Of a stretch of DNA of 64,000 nt, positions 38,207 through 50,725 are shown piece after piece. Within the stretch, counting starts at the first letter, position 1, and every line of letters begins with the position of its first letter. The notes under the pieces are model-generated. The model was not told the DNA's origin. It did no database searches and was given only the letters and a program-made list of their open reading frames with translations. The position numbers and the translations under genes are program-made. Origin of the DNA: Euglena gracilis (taxonomy: Eukaryota); assembly GCA_039621445.1 (NCBI GenBank), contig CP154954.1:8434634-8498633 (forward strand). Reading direction: 5' to 3'.

Positions 38207-38491
38207 GCCCAAAGGATGACTTATGGATACTTTATAGGCACATTTTAAGGAGGAAAACCGGACTGTATTTACCAAAGCATGTGTTGTGGAAACATTTTTT
38301 TGTGCATCCAATAAAAGGGAAGAAAACGAGGAAAAACATCAAAACAATGTGCAAAAATAACCTCATTGCATTCATGCATGCACTCCCTCGAGGGGGGCAT
38401 GGCATTTTGACTAATTGAACAATTTGCATAATGATAATAGAATAAGTATTTGACCCAAGATCACAAGGAAAAAGGGGAAACCATCCTGGTT
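38207..38491 (-). other. Nonconventional intron in hAT transposase
   Basis: AAC-CAGGATG...CATCCTT-TGGGC; removal joins DFPQTAPR to AFRSVLTLVILLARL in frame. Confidence 0.65.
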
Positions 38492-39225
38492 CTAGGCGCA
38501 GTTTGAGGAAAATCAACCACGTCCGCAAATGTTCTCAGTTCTACTCCCCTTTGTTTGCATATGTCATGCAACATTTGGCGCTCGAATTGAAGCGATGTGG
38601 GTTGATCAATGTCATCACCATAGAAGCGAAGCATCTTTTCTGCCGACACGGAACGTAGTATGGGGATTGCGATAGTTGTCAGCTTGTTTTTTTAAAAAAA
38701 TTGTGTTTTTGTTCGAATATTTACACTTTTTTTAAAAAAAACCCCAAAAAAGCCCACGGGGTTTTTTGGCAGACCAAAACGTGCCCGCAACGAAAAAAAC
38801 CAACTGTTGAAAGGGGCTTAGAGTCAAGGGGAGGGGTCGGGGACTTTAGTGTTTTGGGCGTTCCATGGGCAGGCTCTCTTCATTGTCGTGCAGAAGAAAA
38901 TTCTCCACATCCAAAATGTTTTTTGCGGCCACTCCATCAACAAACCGCTCCGAAATCCTTTTGGAAACTGCCTCCAAATACGTCTCATACTTTTCTTGGA
39001 AATGTTCCTTTACACTCTTGGGCGCGGGTTGACTGCCATCAAGCGTAGATTTCCTTGCTCGTGGCTGGGTAGGTTCATCAATCCCATGTTTGAGTGCCCC
39101 AATTTGGCAAGCGTCCAAAAGGTTTCAAAGCGCTCCTTTTTCTTGAGGTCCTCCAAAGAATCCCTGACGGTTTCGACGACCTCCTTGGCTTCAGTGAAGT
39201 GAAATTGCACAGTCTGCAGCACACT

Positions 39226-39306
39226 GAAGGCAGAGTTGTTTTGAAAGGGTCAAAACCACGGTGCGACCATGCCATGACAAGGGGGGGGGATGGCAAAACC
39301 CTTATT
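39226..39306 (-). other. Nonconventional intron in hAT transposase
   Basis: AAT-AAGGGTT...AACTCTG-CCTTC; removal gives TGDRAN/SVLQTVQ in frame. Confidence 0.55.
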
Positions 39307-39864
39307 GTTGGCTCGATCCCCCGTCAGGAAGATGAACCTCAGCAAATGAATAGAAAAGAAGGTGTCAAACTGCAGCAGTCGTGTGGCAAACCCATGGGCT
39401 GTAGTCCCAACTTCACTTGTATCTTGGTTGTCAACTTCATTGAAAAATTCCAGCAAGGTCCGGTAGTTGCTGCATATGCCTGCGAGGGATTTCGCTCGCA
39501 TGGTCCACCTCGTTGGGCACAGTGCTGTCAAATTCACCCCTTCATCTGTGTCGCTCGCAACTTCCTTAAACCAGTGCATCCTCTTTGTGGAGTCTCTTAT
39601 GAATGATATCAAGCTGCCAACCAACGTCATCATGTCCCTCATGGTCTTGAAATCCTTCAACGAATTTTGAATCACAAGGTTGAGGGAATGGGCAAAAAAA
39701 AAATAAACATACAACGCCCGTTTCTCTTCCGAAATAACCAATGCTTGCAGGCCATTGAACTTCCCTGCAATGTTGCTGGATCCGTCATAGCCTTGTCCGG
39801 GACAATTAGCAATTTTCAACTGGAACCTTGTCAAAATGTCTTTCAACACAGAAAAAAGGGTAAC

Positions 39865-40096
39865 TGGTCCAGGGCTCTACCAATGTTCGCATGAAAATCA
39901 GGCAAGTACCATTATCCCCCCTAAATGACCCCCTCTTGTCCCGACCAATTCGTGATGTACACACGTTCTCCCATCAAGTCAAAATATTTTCAGAAAAAAC
40001 CCAACAAAACTCCAAAAAAATAGGTGTATTATGATCATTTTAGCACAGAAAATGGGAGGTGAAAGCAGGAGGGAAAAGTGTCGTAGAACCCTAGTT
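39865..40096 (-). other. Nonconventional intron in hAT transposase with hAT-like TIRs
   Basis: AAC-TAGGGTTCTAC...GTAGAGCCCTG-GACCA; removal gives HDVSG/VTLFSVLKDILTRF in frame. Confidence 0.78.
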
Positions 40097-40717
40097 GCCA
40101 CTCACGTCGTGCACTTCATAAAATCCAGACCAAATCTCCTCGTTGTGAAGATCTTCATCAACAATGCGCAATGTGAAGGATAATTGCTCCATGACGGAAA
40201 TGTCGCTCGTCTCGTCCATGATCACGGCAAAATGCTGGGTTCCAAACAGGATTTGGGAAGGTTTAATCTGAAACCTGCCAGTAGGAGGTCTTTTTTCACT
40301 TCTGCCAAATGTTGGGCTGCTGTCTTTTTGCTTGGGGCTAACAGCAAAATGTCGTCCAGGTGGATGAAAAGCACTTTTCCCTCCTTTCTCCATTTTCTTT
40401 CCCAGACTCTCATGAGAGTCATGAATTTTTGTGGCAGGCTGCTGATGCCAAAGCATGCAGCCTGAAACTGCCAAGGAGCTGGGGTCCCCACGGCCAGCCA
40501 GATACCGGCCAGACCTCCTCCTCCTCTTTTTTTCACCAGCCACCGGACAGACCTCCTCCTCCTCTTTTCTCCCAGCCGCCAGCCACGGCCAGCCGCGGCT
40601 GGCCGTGGCTGGGGCGCCTCCTCCTCTTTTCGTGCCTGAGCTTACTTTCTCCCCCGGCTACCACCCCCCCCCGCCGCGCCGCGGCGCCGCCCGCCAGTCG
40701 CAAAGAAAAAAACAAAG

Positions 40718-41815
40718 TCACATACGTACTGGGCGGTAAGGGCAGTGTGGGACGCAAATGGAATTGTACACGTTGAGGACAGAACAGACGACCGTGAAAG
40801 CCCATTCCAGGACATGAAAATCTTTCCCTCGGAATCCGGTGCGGAAAATTTCCCACTTTTTCACTCGGCCGAAGGCCTGTTCAACCCGGCTGCGGTAAAA
40901 TTGATGCAGGCGGTTGTACTCCTCCTCGTCCTTTGTCAGCCCCACACCGGCGGTTCGTTTTTTGGCCGGTGTCAAAAAATTGGGGACCGACTCGTAGGCC
41001 AAATCGGCCAAAACACAGTCGGTAGGGGTCAGGCTTGGGCGATGCAGTCTGGCAAGGGTTGTGTCGGACATGGGGGCAGGATTTCATTGGTCATATGACC
41101 GCCAATGGAAATCCTGCTTGGAGCCTATATGGGGGCCATTGATATATGCAAAAAGACCAAGGTGAGTAACCAACCCTTGAAATTTCATCACTGGCCGCTC
41201 GTACTTTGGCTGGTACCTCCCGTCCCCCTGGAACACCACCACGGGCATGGTGTCCCAGCCCCCCACCACGAAGGGCGGGTAATGTGGAGTGTTGTTGTTG
41301 GGGTGCCGGAGATGAGCCATCGACACCTCTCGAAGGTGGATATGCAGGTACTGCAGTACTTTGATAATTCTTCGCCAAATGCTTTTTCTTGTGGGCTCCA
41401 GTGTGTGGGGGGGAACGAGCCCACCAGCCCCAGGAGTCACCAGAAAAACAGAACAATAATGGTGCCCCCTGTTTGAGAACTCTGTGCCTTGGGTAGTGTT
41501 TCAAATAACCCAATGCAAGCCAGAGGTCCAACCTTCCAAATTCAAAATCAGGGTCCAAAGTACCAGAATAGGAGGGGTTGTCACGGGAAGGAAACAAACT
41601 GACAAAAAATGCAAAATGTGGAAAAAAATTTGATGCACAGGACCCTGTCCTGAGCCCACCAAATATTTTTGATAAATAATTTCGCATACAAAACTTGGCA
41701 CACCAATTTTCCCCACGACGTCTTCCCGACCTGCCGCGGACTCCCAGAATTCCTGTGACACAATTTGAAAAGGCAAAGCGAGAAGCAAAGCACGAGAACA
41801 GTCAGTCAAAGACAT
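40718..41815 (-). CDS. IS5/PIF-Harbinger DDE transposase (DDE_Tnp_4-like), 4 exons, 297 aa
   Basis: Exons 41815-41651, 41543-41475, 41425-41120 and 41071-40718 join in frame with no stops; catalytic WDT, LADLAY, YN..RSRVEQAFGRVK. Confidence 0.9.
41072..41119 (-). other. Nonconventional intron, 48 nt
   Basis: C|AAG-CAGGATTT...AAATCCTG-CCCCC|A: CAG at +4, CTG at -8, hairpin, Y|R at both junctions; contains an in-frame stop. Confidence 0.88.
41426..41474 (-). other. Nonconventional intron, 49 nt
   Basis: C|AAA-CAGGGGGCACCA...TGGTGACTCCTG-GGGCT|G; removal restores the frame. Confidence 0.88.
41544..41650 (-). other. Nonconventional intron, 107 nt
   Basis: GGA-CAGGGTCC...GGACCCTG-ATTTT|G; removal restores the frame. 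Confidence 0.85.
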
Positions 41816-42109
41816 AATGTTCGGACTCCACACGAAAATGTATGAGGGGGGTGATCACTTTGGTTGGAGGACCGATCCTTCGAACGGGGGGGGGGGACGA
41901 AGCGCCAGGCCCACAATTTTTGACCCCCCAAAAAGACCAAAATTGACATTCTCGGCACTTTTCAGGCAAAAACTTGCCAAAAATGCAAAAATTTTCAGCG
42001 CTAAGCGCCGGAGGAAAAAATTGATCCTTTTCAAAAAATTGCCTCAACCACACCGGGTTCTGGCCAGGGGGGGGGGGAAGGTCGCTCCTCTCCGCCCCAC
42101 ACAGTGTGA

Positions 42110-44616
42110 CGTAACTCTTCTGTGAGTTTGTACGTCTTATCTGACACACATCTCAGCATCTGCACTTGAATTTTCTCTCGTCCCGTCCAAGCCGAACGCA
42201 GTACCCCAAATTCTCCTCCTTCACACTCAATCACTGTCCCCAGATATGTGCCTGCGGGCACCATTCGTCTCCTTGACCGATTACTGGCGTTGCAGTTCTC
42301 ACGATACACAGCGTCCGCCAGCTCGGCGTCCGTCAGAACACGACAACAGGGAAATCCTCAACCACCCGCAAACCAGGCAGGAGTGTAACAGAAATATGAC
42401 AAAACATGACATGACAAAACTTTCTGACCTTCCCTGGCTGGGGTCGGGTGGGTTTTCGTTTTGCGTATCGTTTTCGATCGTCATCCCCACCACCATACAC
42501 AGGGGCAATTGCATCTCTCGACGTACAGCACACCCACAGGTTCCTCACAAGGGAGCTTTCAGAACTGAATGAAAAGTCTCCCTGATCCAGACTATCCTCT
42601 TCAGGGGTAAATCCCAGCGTGGAACGGTCACGCCACGTCCGAACCATGGATTCACGGAGGGGGGGGCCAAACCCACCCAACCAATTACTCTCAAAAATGA
42701 CCCCACCCCCCCCCCTAGGGGGAGGGGTCACACAGCATCAGTAAATCAATGGTCCGAACACCTGGGTCATATGACAAGTCCTTGTGCACTTTCCACCCCT
42801 GGGTAATTTCTGCCAGGATTTCCTGTGCGATTAAAATGCCGTAATCAGAAAACCCTGCCCTGTGAACGGAGTTCTTGCTGTTTGGGATAATTTTTTTCCA
42901 ATGCATCTGACGACCACGTAACTGGTTTCAAGCCCACCAATGGATTGGGAGTGCATACAGGGTATGTTGGGGCTTGCACTGGGAGAATGTCGGGGGCGTC
43001 ATGGGCAGTTGTCGATCGCGAACTGCTGGGGGCCTGAGCTTTGGGGAGCCAAAAAGTGTGTCGATACCAGGGGTTTTTTTAAGACCGGCGGACCCACCCA
43101 CCCTACCCCCCCCCTCCCCCCCCGGGGGTCCAAACTTAAAAAAAACCCTGTTCGATACACGCGATCACACGTCAATCGAACGGCCAGCCCAGAGGGATCG
43201 CCCGCAAACTGCAGTATGCCACAGATGATCTCCTTGAGCTTGTAATCGCACAGCATCACCACGAGCCTGTTGTCCAAATTCCTTCGGCTGCGCACAACAG
43301 TACTCTGCTGCACACCTTTGCATTGACCATGGGACGCAGCACACAATTTTCGTACGTCAATTTTTTTATGCTTCAGGCTTCGTAACTCAAAAAGAGAGCT
43401 CCAGAAACCCACCCAAACCATCCCAGAAAAACTCCCCGACCTTTCAACCAGGGACTCTGAAACTAGTCTGAAACTCGGCAACGGCCTGCCAGAGCAATGG
43501 CGTGATCAGTGGCCGAAAGGTGCCCCGGGGTCCTCTGCATCTTCGTATGTGAGTGTTGACCCCACAGGAATCAAAATGCCTGCCGCATCGGGGACAGGGC
43601 ACCTTGGTTTGCGTTCAGGCTTGGGCTGAGATATTTTACAGCACCATTGGCCCGGTGCGCCGACCCCAACCAGCCAACCCAGTGACGGAGCATGTTTGTC
43701 GGGCATTTCCTTGACACGTAGCAGCATGCTTCCCCAGGGCCTGCGATGTGACCAGGCCAATGCTTCCATGGGGGAACCATTCCAGTCCATGGGGAACCAA
43801 TTACATGGGGAATTTTATGACATTTTTTTGTGTAGAAAACACCCAAGGGCAACAACCCGCTGGAAAAACAAGACTGGTGGGCAGTGTGCGAAACAGTATT
43901 GCCAGAATGGTGGAAAAAGAAAATTCTCACTTCATGTAGAATCCCTGCGTGGCCATGATGAGGTGAAGCACTGACGTGGCTGTGAGGAAGCCGGTACGAT
44001 GGCACTTCGAACATCCCAAGCTGGTGATCTCCACAACAGGTTCCGCTCCTTCTTCCTGCCCACGTTCCACCACAATCACCTCGTCCTCAGTGGTGGGGGA
44101 TGCTGCAGCCTCCATTGCCAATGCTGATGGAGACAGATAGTAGCTGGAAATTACAAGTGGGGAAAAAAACCTGAGCTCTCTGTCCTTGCATCTGCCTCAG
44201 TGTTCTGTTGACCAACTTCCATACGGACGGAGGCTGCTGCTTGAAGGGTGTCTTGTGCAACACCTATTGCGAAATAATTTCAGATTGCGTCAACTTGCAA
44301 AAACAAACCAGATTTCCTTTGCCGTAGAGCAACATGTCTGTCATATCGCTTCACCAGCGCAGCAGTGGCATCAGCCGGTAAGAGGTGGGTGCACGCAAGA
44401 GAAAAGCATCTCGTAAACCTCCCTCGGTAAAGACTTCTGGGTCAAAGAATTGGGTGCCTTTTGTCTGACAGCACGGGCAGTCTTTGTGAGCCAGCTGCCT
44501 TTGAAGCGACGCTGTCGCAGGCCTTCTTGTAGGAGGGTCATTCGTAAGTCCTGACATATTTCTGGGCATGAGGGTAACGGATTACCAGCAACCTCCGCCA
44601 ACACTTCTGTGTCCAT
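42110..44616 (-). pseudogene. Second, multi-exon gene of the Harbinger element; product unknown
   Basis: Chain of minus-strand ORF segments (44371-44616, 43927-44121, 43506-43790, 42999-43481, 42715-42906, 42333-42731, 42031-42309) upstream of the transposase. Exon structure only partly resolved. Confidence 0.55.
43068..43150. mobile_element. 83-bp hAT-like MITE that doubles as a predicted intron (43063-43153, minus)
   Basis: TIR CAGGGGTTTTTTTAAG / CTTAAAAAAAACCCTG; 8-bp TSD GTCGATAC/TTCGATAC (7/8). Confidence 0.85.
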
Positions 44617-47600
44617 GACTGGGGAAAAGTAAGATTAAAAGGTTCACGCGAAAAAAATGTTCGCTAATTTCCCATCGCGGCCAGCCAGACCTCCTCCTCC
44701 TCTTTTTTTTCCCCAACACTCAATCCAGCCAGACCTCCTCCTCCTCTAATCCCGCCAGCCAGCCGTGGCTGGCCATGGCTGGCCAGACCTCCTCCTTTTT
44801 TTTGCCAGCCAGCCAGCCGCGGCTAGCCGCGGCTAGCCAGATACCCCAGCTCCCAAGTTCCCCCCCCCCCACTTGCATGCAAACATGTTTCCAGGCTGCT
44901 GTGCAGCTTTAGGTGAAAATAAGCATCTTTCAGATCTATTTTTTCACGGAACCAACCCTTTCTCAAATATGAAATATGGGAAGATGCTTCCCATGTGTTC
45001 CAGTCTGAATTTCTGGGGGGTGAAATGGTGATTTAACTGTCCACAGTCCGAAATTAGTCTTTCCTTTGTCTTTTCCCCCTCTTTTTTGGAAATGTCGAAA
45101 TAAAGGACAAAAATGTTTTGCCTCCTCTGGGGGGATTTGCCTGGTTGCACCTGCACATTCGTATTCTCTCAGAATTTTTTGGGCAGTCATCATTTCTTGG
45201 GGGGTTTTGAAAGGAACTTTTAAGGACATCTGACGGGGGAGGGGAAGATCTGCCCTGACCCCTTCCCTTATCAGGTTTAATACCTCTCTGCTGGCACCTG
45301 CTTTGACCCAATGGGGAATGCTGGCCTGCAGTGCCTTGTAGGGGGGCACCCCTGGGTGTAATGTGTCTGGGGATTCCACAGGCCCCATCACTGGGGTCCT
45401 TCCCCCTGGTTGCCCCATCACTCGCGTCACCCCTGGCTGCCCCATCACTAAGGCTGCAGCTGGCCCTGCCATAGGGCTTCCCAAATACAGGCTTTCCCCC
45501 TGTTTCTGAATGATGGGGGAAGGTCTGTGTCTGCAGTGGGGAGGTACATATAAAGCTGGGGTGCCTGGGCTGATTATCTTCAAGGGGGGGCCTGTCTGAG
45601 CCAATCTTGGGCCTCCCCCCCAAGGGCTGATGTGGTGATTGTATTGGCCACCATTTGCCTTCAGGGCCATTTGGCCTCCATTGGCACTCAGGCCTGCATG
45701 GCCTCCATTGGCCTTCTCTCCAGGACTTCTCTCTTGTCTCTTCTCTGTCCCTCTTGATTCCCCATATAGGCCACCATGGCCTTTTTTTTTGGCATGCTTC
45801 TGGGGGGTTTGTGTCTGAAATTCCTGGGGGGAAAGTTGGACATACCTTTCCCCAATGGGACCTTTCCAGGCTGGGATACTGTCTGCCATAGCCTTGCCCC
45901 TGGGCCCACTGCCCTCTTGAATGATGGCTGCCATAGCCTTGATTCTGGACTCCAGGTCCTTTTTGATGATGGCTGCCATAGCCTTGATGATGACTTGAAT
46001 CCCTTGTATTTCTGATAATTGTTGAAAGGCTGCCATAGCCCTTGCCATGTCCCCTGGAAGGGGGGGGACTTAGTTGTTGGACCTGTGATGGTAATTCCCT
46101 TCTGTCTTCTTGTCTTCCTCACCACAGTTGTCCATGATCCATGGCCATTTTCATGTTGAGTGGGGGATTTTTGAAATCTCTGATGTGGTGGGGGCTGGGG
46201 GGTTGCGATGGCCACGGACTTACGTGTTTCTGCCGCCCCTCCAGCTTCTGCAGCTGCTGCTGTGTCTCCACCTTCCCCAGCTTCAGATGCCTTCTTGGAA
46301 GTTCTTTGAGGTTCTCCTTGGCTTTCAGATTCATTCTTCATGGAAGTCCAGTTATTGATCTTGTTTTAGTATTTGCAATGCTTCTGGAAATAATTCCAGT
46401 TGAACTCGAAGAGTTGAATTCTTCCTCCAGGAGGTTGAAGGTCCGAAAAAAAGTTCGCTCCACCTGTTGATAAAGTGATTGTAGTTCGTGAATGTAGTAC
46501 TCCTCGTAAATAATTTCAATTGAACTCGTCGAAGTAAAATTCTTTCTCCTTGAGGTCGAAGGGCAGAATTAGGAATCAGCCAACTCCGGCAACAAAAAGC
46601 AGTCAGAAGCACCCCCAGCGCACGCACAAACACACCAGAACAGAACAGCCGGCAAGGAAAGCAGGACCTCACCACCTCGCAGTGCGGAGCCCGAATGGTC
46701 TCAACTTTCCAACGTGCGACAATTTTTGAAGTAGAACATGATCAGAAAACATGGGCAAGATCTCGTTCTGGATCTCCGGATGCACCATTTTTAATGCTCT
46801 CCCTTAAGCCTCTCACCCATCTGAGGGATGTCTCTCCTTCCGACATTCAAAAGTTGTTCAAAGTTTGACTCCTTTTCGACCTGATGAACGAACACCAACA
46901 AGGTGTATTTTTTTCAACCCCCCCAAAAAACAGCCAAAATAGGACACAAATATTGTAGAGAACATAGGTGTCACAAGCTGGAATGGCATCGTCGTTTTGA
47001 CCACTGTAAATTAGTCGCCATTTTTAGGACAGCGGGATCGTCACTGACAGCCACTCGGGTCAAACGCAGGTTCTGCGTCAAACGAAAAAATTATGTCAGA
47101 CGTACCCGTACATTTGTCTGCCGGACAGCCAAAGCAGGCTGGAGTGGTGAAATCTGCCGGATGTGCTGCACGTAGGATACCAGGTTCCCCAAGAAGCAAA
47201 CCCTTTCAGTCGTCCCAAAACCCGGAAACGTTTTCCACACAGAACAGTAAGAAATGGAGTTAATTTTTGAACCTCCCCCCCCCCCCCCGCCCAAGAAAAC
47301 AAACCCTTCACTCCAAAACTGGTCCCCAACTGTGGCACCAAAACTGGTCACCACCTGTGGCACTAAGAGTGTTCCCCAAACTGCCCAAGGTTTGGACCCA
47401 AGATGTGGGAGGGGGATCTTAAACAGAACAAGAACGTCAACAACAAACAAAGACTTTTTCAAAAACCCTTTTGGCAAAGAAAAACAAAAACAAGTGAAAC
47501 AACCAAAGCCAAAGGCGTACAGCGTGCAATTTACAGCAACAGGGTCCTGTTTTTTTGCAAAACACCACAGGACCCTTGACACCTTCACTTCATTACTCTT

Positions 47601-49315
47601 CTCTCTTCTTGGTTTATCTTCTTCTTCACATTTCAACCTGTGAGTACAAGGATGACAAATGAAAGACAAGATCTGCAGCCAGTGCTCTGTTAAATGGCAG
47701 CAAAAGTTCCAAAAATGTAAAACACGACCAGAAAACCACTAGAACGCTCAGAAAACGACATAAAAACAAATCGCACAACAGAAGACATGCCACAGAGAGG
47801 GTGGGACTCAAAATTGTCACTCAGCAGACCAAATTTTGGAAAAAATGCCACATTTTTGAAAGTGGTCCAGATGCACTAGAAATGACCATTACAATCATTC
47901 TTCAAAAGACACCTTCTGATGGGCCACCTGCTTCAATCTTCAAAAAATCTTGCATCAATGCATTCCTCATCTTCCAAATAGCTTGTATCTGAAGTTAGAA
48001 GAAAGATAAAGCCCAATTCCAAAAGGGAAAAACACCTGAAGGTAAGAAGATTACGAGCGCGAGAACCAAGGCGCTTTGCGTGAAGCCTAATCAGCCCGTT
48101 CGTTGTACAACTTTACCGCTTGTCAGCCTTTTTTTCAAAATGTCAAGTAATCTGTCACACAGTTCCGTTTGTCAGGGGGTCGGGGGGCGGCCGCCCCCCC
48201 CCCGTGATTTTGGAAAGAAAAATTTTTTTGCAGCATGAATGTGATATTTTTCTTGTAATGCCATGTTCAATGGTTCAAAGGGCGTGACGTCTCGGCTGCC
48301 TTCGGCAGCCACCTTGCCAGTTAAAAGCACATTTTTGGAGAATGAAATTGCAAAATCCATTACCGTCTCGGCCGCCTTTGGCGGCCGAAATAAAAATCCT
48401 TGAAAAAACCCCACGCCACTTCTTGATGTTTAAACCGGCGTTTGAGACGCCGGGTTCAGGACAGAACCGGCGCCCCCCCCCCCCACGGGTTTTCCGGACG
48501 CCGGTTCTGTCCTAAAACCTGGCGTCAGGAACGCCGGTTCTGTCCAAAACCCGGCGTCCGGTTTGGATTTTGGCCACAAACCGACTTTTTTTTCCCTCCT
48601 TTGGTGCTAATTGTTTTTGGGGACCCCACAAACCACTTTCACCTTGGCTGTTTGAATACAAACTGATATCCCCATATGTCCCCCTCCCTCCATTTTCTTG
48701 ACCAGCCGAGTTTGGGGGAAACTCTTCGGGTCAACGAAAAAAAATGAGTTTGCGCAAAGTGAAAAAATGGCTTCTTCACGCCCCCCCACCCCCCCCAGGT
48801 TGCGAAGTCGACAGTTGGGTTGAGTTGGGAGGTTTCCAAAGGGGTTCTACCCATGATTCGCTCTCTAGCTCAAGTTTTTGGAGCACTGGACTTAAAAAGG
48901 CGTTAGCGTCTCGGCCCCTTCAGGGCCAGAGGGACAGAAAAAAGTACATTTTGGTTGTGCCATGAAAAAAATTTTCCTCGGCGCTTCGCGCTGGGGAGAA
49001 AACGGATGTGCTCCAAATTTTGTCGGTTCCCCCCCCCCCCCCCCCCCCCGGCAAAAAATTGTTCCGACATCGCTGGTAGAGAACGTTTTTTTTATAAAAG
49101 CATTTGGACTTCATTTTGACTCCATTTGACGAAATTTGTCAGACATTCGGACTCCATTTTGGACTTCGCGCGACCGCAAAAAAAAATGCACAGGTTACAT
49201 GGGTCATGTTGGGCTTGTGGAGGTTTACATACATGATGAAAATACACATTGGAAGGGATCCCTTGTGCAGCAAGGTATTGCAAAGTTTGAAAAATGGCCT
49301 TCAAAGCAACCCTGG

Positions 49316-50725
49316 CAGGGATGTGCGTCTTAAAAAACGGTCGTTTAAAACAGCGATTTAAATCAGTTTAAAACACCCGAGCCCCGGAGACGTATAAAAC
49401 AGCCGGCATACGTCGTCAAAGACCCGTATTGAAAAAACGCGAGTACAGCAGTTTCCACACACAGAAGGACAAACTGCTGGGTGTGCAAAGGCTCTGCCTT
49501 TCGGCGCAAAAGGTCATAAAAACTTTTCCGAGAACCGCAGGGAGTTGAAGGGGGAAAAAAAATGGCTGCCAGGGGCAGACATTATCCACTAGAGGGGAGG
49601 TGTCCTTTTTTCTTTTGACCCCCAATTCAGGCCACCTGTGACCTAAAGCTGCCAAAAACCACGACCTGTGCCCCAAAACTTGCCACAATCTGTGGCCCAA
49701 ACCGACCACAATCTGTGGACCAAAAACTGTTTTATGAACTGGCCACGTCCTGTGGCCCAAAACTGGCCACGACCCGACCCAAAGCCAACGACCCGCAACC
49801 CAAAACTGGCCACGAGGTGTAGCCTCAAAACTGGCCTGAGTCTGGCCCAAAACTGGCCACATGCTGTGGACCAAAAACTGTTTTGTGGCCCAAAGCTGGC
49901 CACGACCTGAACGAAAAGTCAACGACCTGTGACCCAAAACTGGCCACGACTTATGGCCTAAAACTGGCCACCGCGTCTGGCCCAAAACTGGCCGCCGCGT
50001 CTGGCCAGGTTTGGGCCAGATGTGTTGGCCAGTTTTGGGTCAGCCCAAAAAGCACCAGATAACCATTTTGTTGCAAACAAGACAAGCAAAAACCTTCCAG
50101 AATCAAAAAATATACAAATTGTCTCCGAAACGGAAACCAAATGGAGCAGTTTAACAGGGAAATGCTCAGGTCCAGATTCTCAATCCTTCCAATCATCATC
50201 ATGCCCTTCCGACAACTGCAGAAGAGAAAAATGGACAATCACTGACAGAATTGTTTGGCAAACCTTTGTCATGGGGAGCTTGACAATAAAAATCCAACAC
50301 AAAGTTCTTCACCAGGCTCAGAGCCTCGTGGTGCACCCCAGGGAGTTCAGTGGTCAAGTTGTTGATCACCAGGCTTCAAGACACCAGTCTCAACACGAGC
50401 ATCAGGCGCAGTTCCAATACCAGTGCGTACCAATGTCCCTGCACTGTTGTGCGTGGTTACACATCCGGCCATCTCAACGTCGCACCCCTTGCAAGTGGCA
50501 CGGGTACGTCCATCAAATACTTGATGTTTTATGAAGTAATGCCAAATACCATGTGCCGGTCTTCCACTAGGCATTGTGCTGTAAAAGGATAAAAACAGTT
50601 GGGAAGGCCATACGAGTTAGGAATGACGACCATTTCGCGATCTGAATCGTACTAAACTGTTTAAATCTAGTTTTAAACGTTTAAAACGTATTAAACTCTT
50701 CCGGGATGTTTAAATTCCATCCCTG
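49316..50725 (-). mobile_element. Non-autonomous hAT (Ac-like TIR) with a BED zinc-finger remnant
   Basis: TIR CAGGGATG/CATCCCTG; perfect 8-bp TSD AACCCTGG; IWHYF..ATCKGC at 50347-50574; internal AAAACTGGCCAC/TGTGGCCC array. Confidence 0.92.

Larger units (their letters stand above)
38150..40232 (-). pseudogene. hAT (ZMYM1-like) transposase, intron-containing, truncated at both ends
   Basis: FAVIMDETSDISVMEQLS, GQGYDGSSNIAG, AHSLNL, LCPTRW, ISERF, LLARLCLTI (start of the dimerisation domain). Confidence 0.9.
40475..44853 (-). mobile_element. PIF/Harbinger-type DNA transposon, 4.38 kb
   Basis: 11-bp TIR GGAGCTGGGGT/ACCCCAGCTCC, 3-bp TSD CAA (40472-40474; 44854-44856), subterminal CCAGACCTCCTCC repeats at both ends; removal restores the DIRS RT. 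Confidence 0.92.
40233..46692 (-). mobile_element. Truncated DIRS-like retrotransposon (gag plus RT) interrupted by a Harbinger element
   Basis: LQASIPHWVKAGASREVLNLIREGV, RLISDC..LN, KIDLKDAYFHL (~44.9 kb) rejoins WQFQAACFG..HLDDILL..LNLPKS (40233-40471). No recombinase seen. Confidence 0.82.

Noticed and set aside
41856-42105. CACT..AGTG-ended MITE between the two Harbinger genes
   Set aside because: Inverted repeats are weak and there is no convincing TSD.
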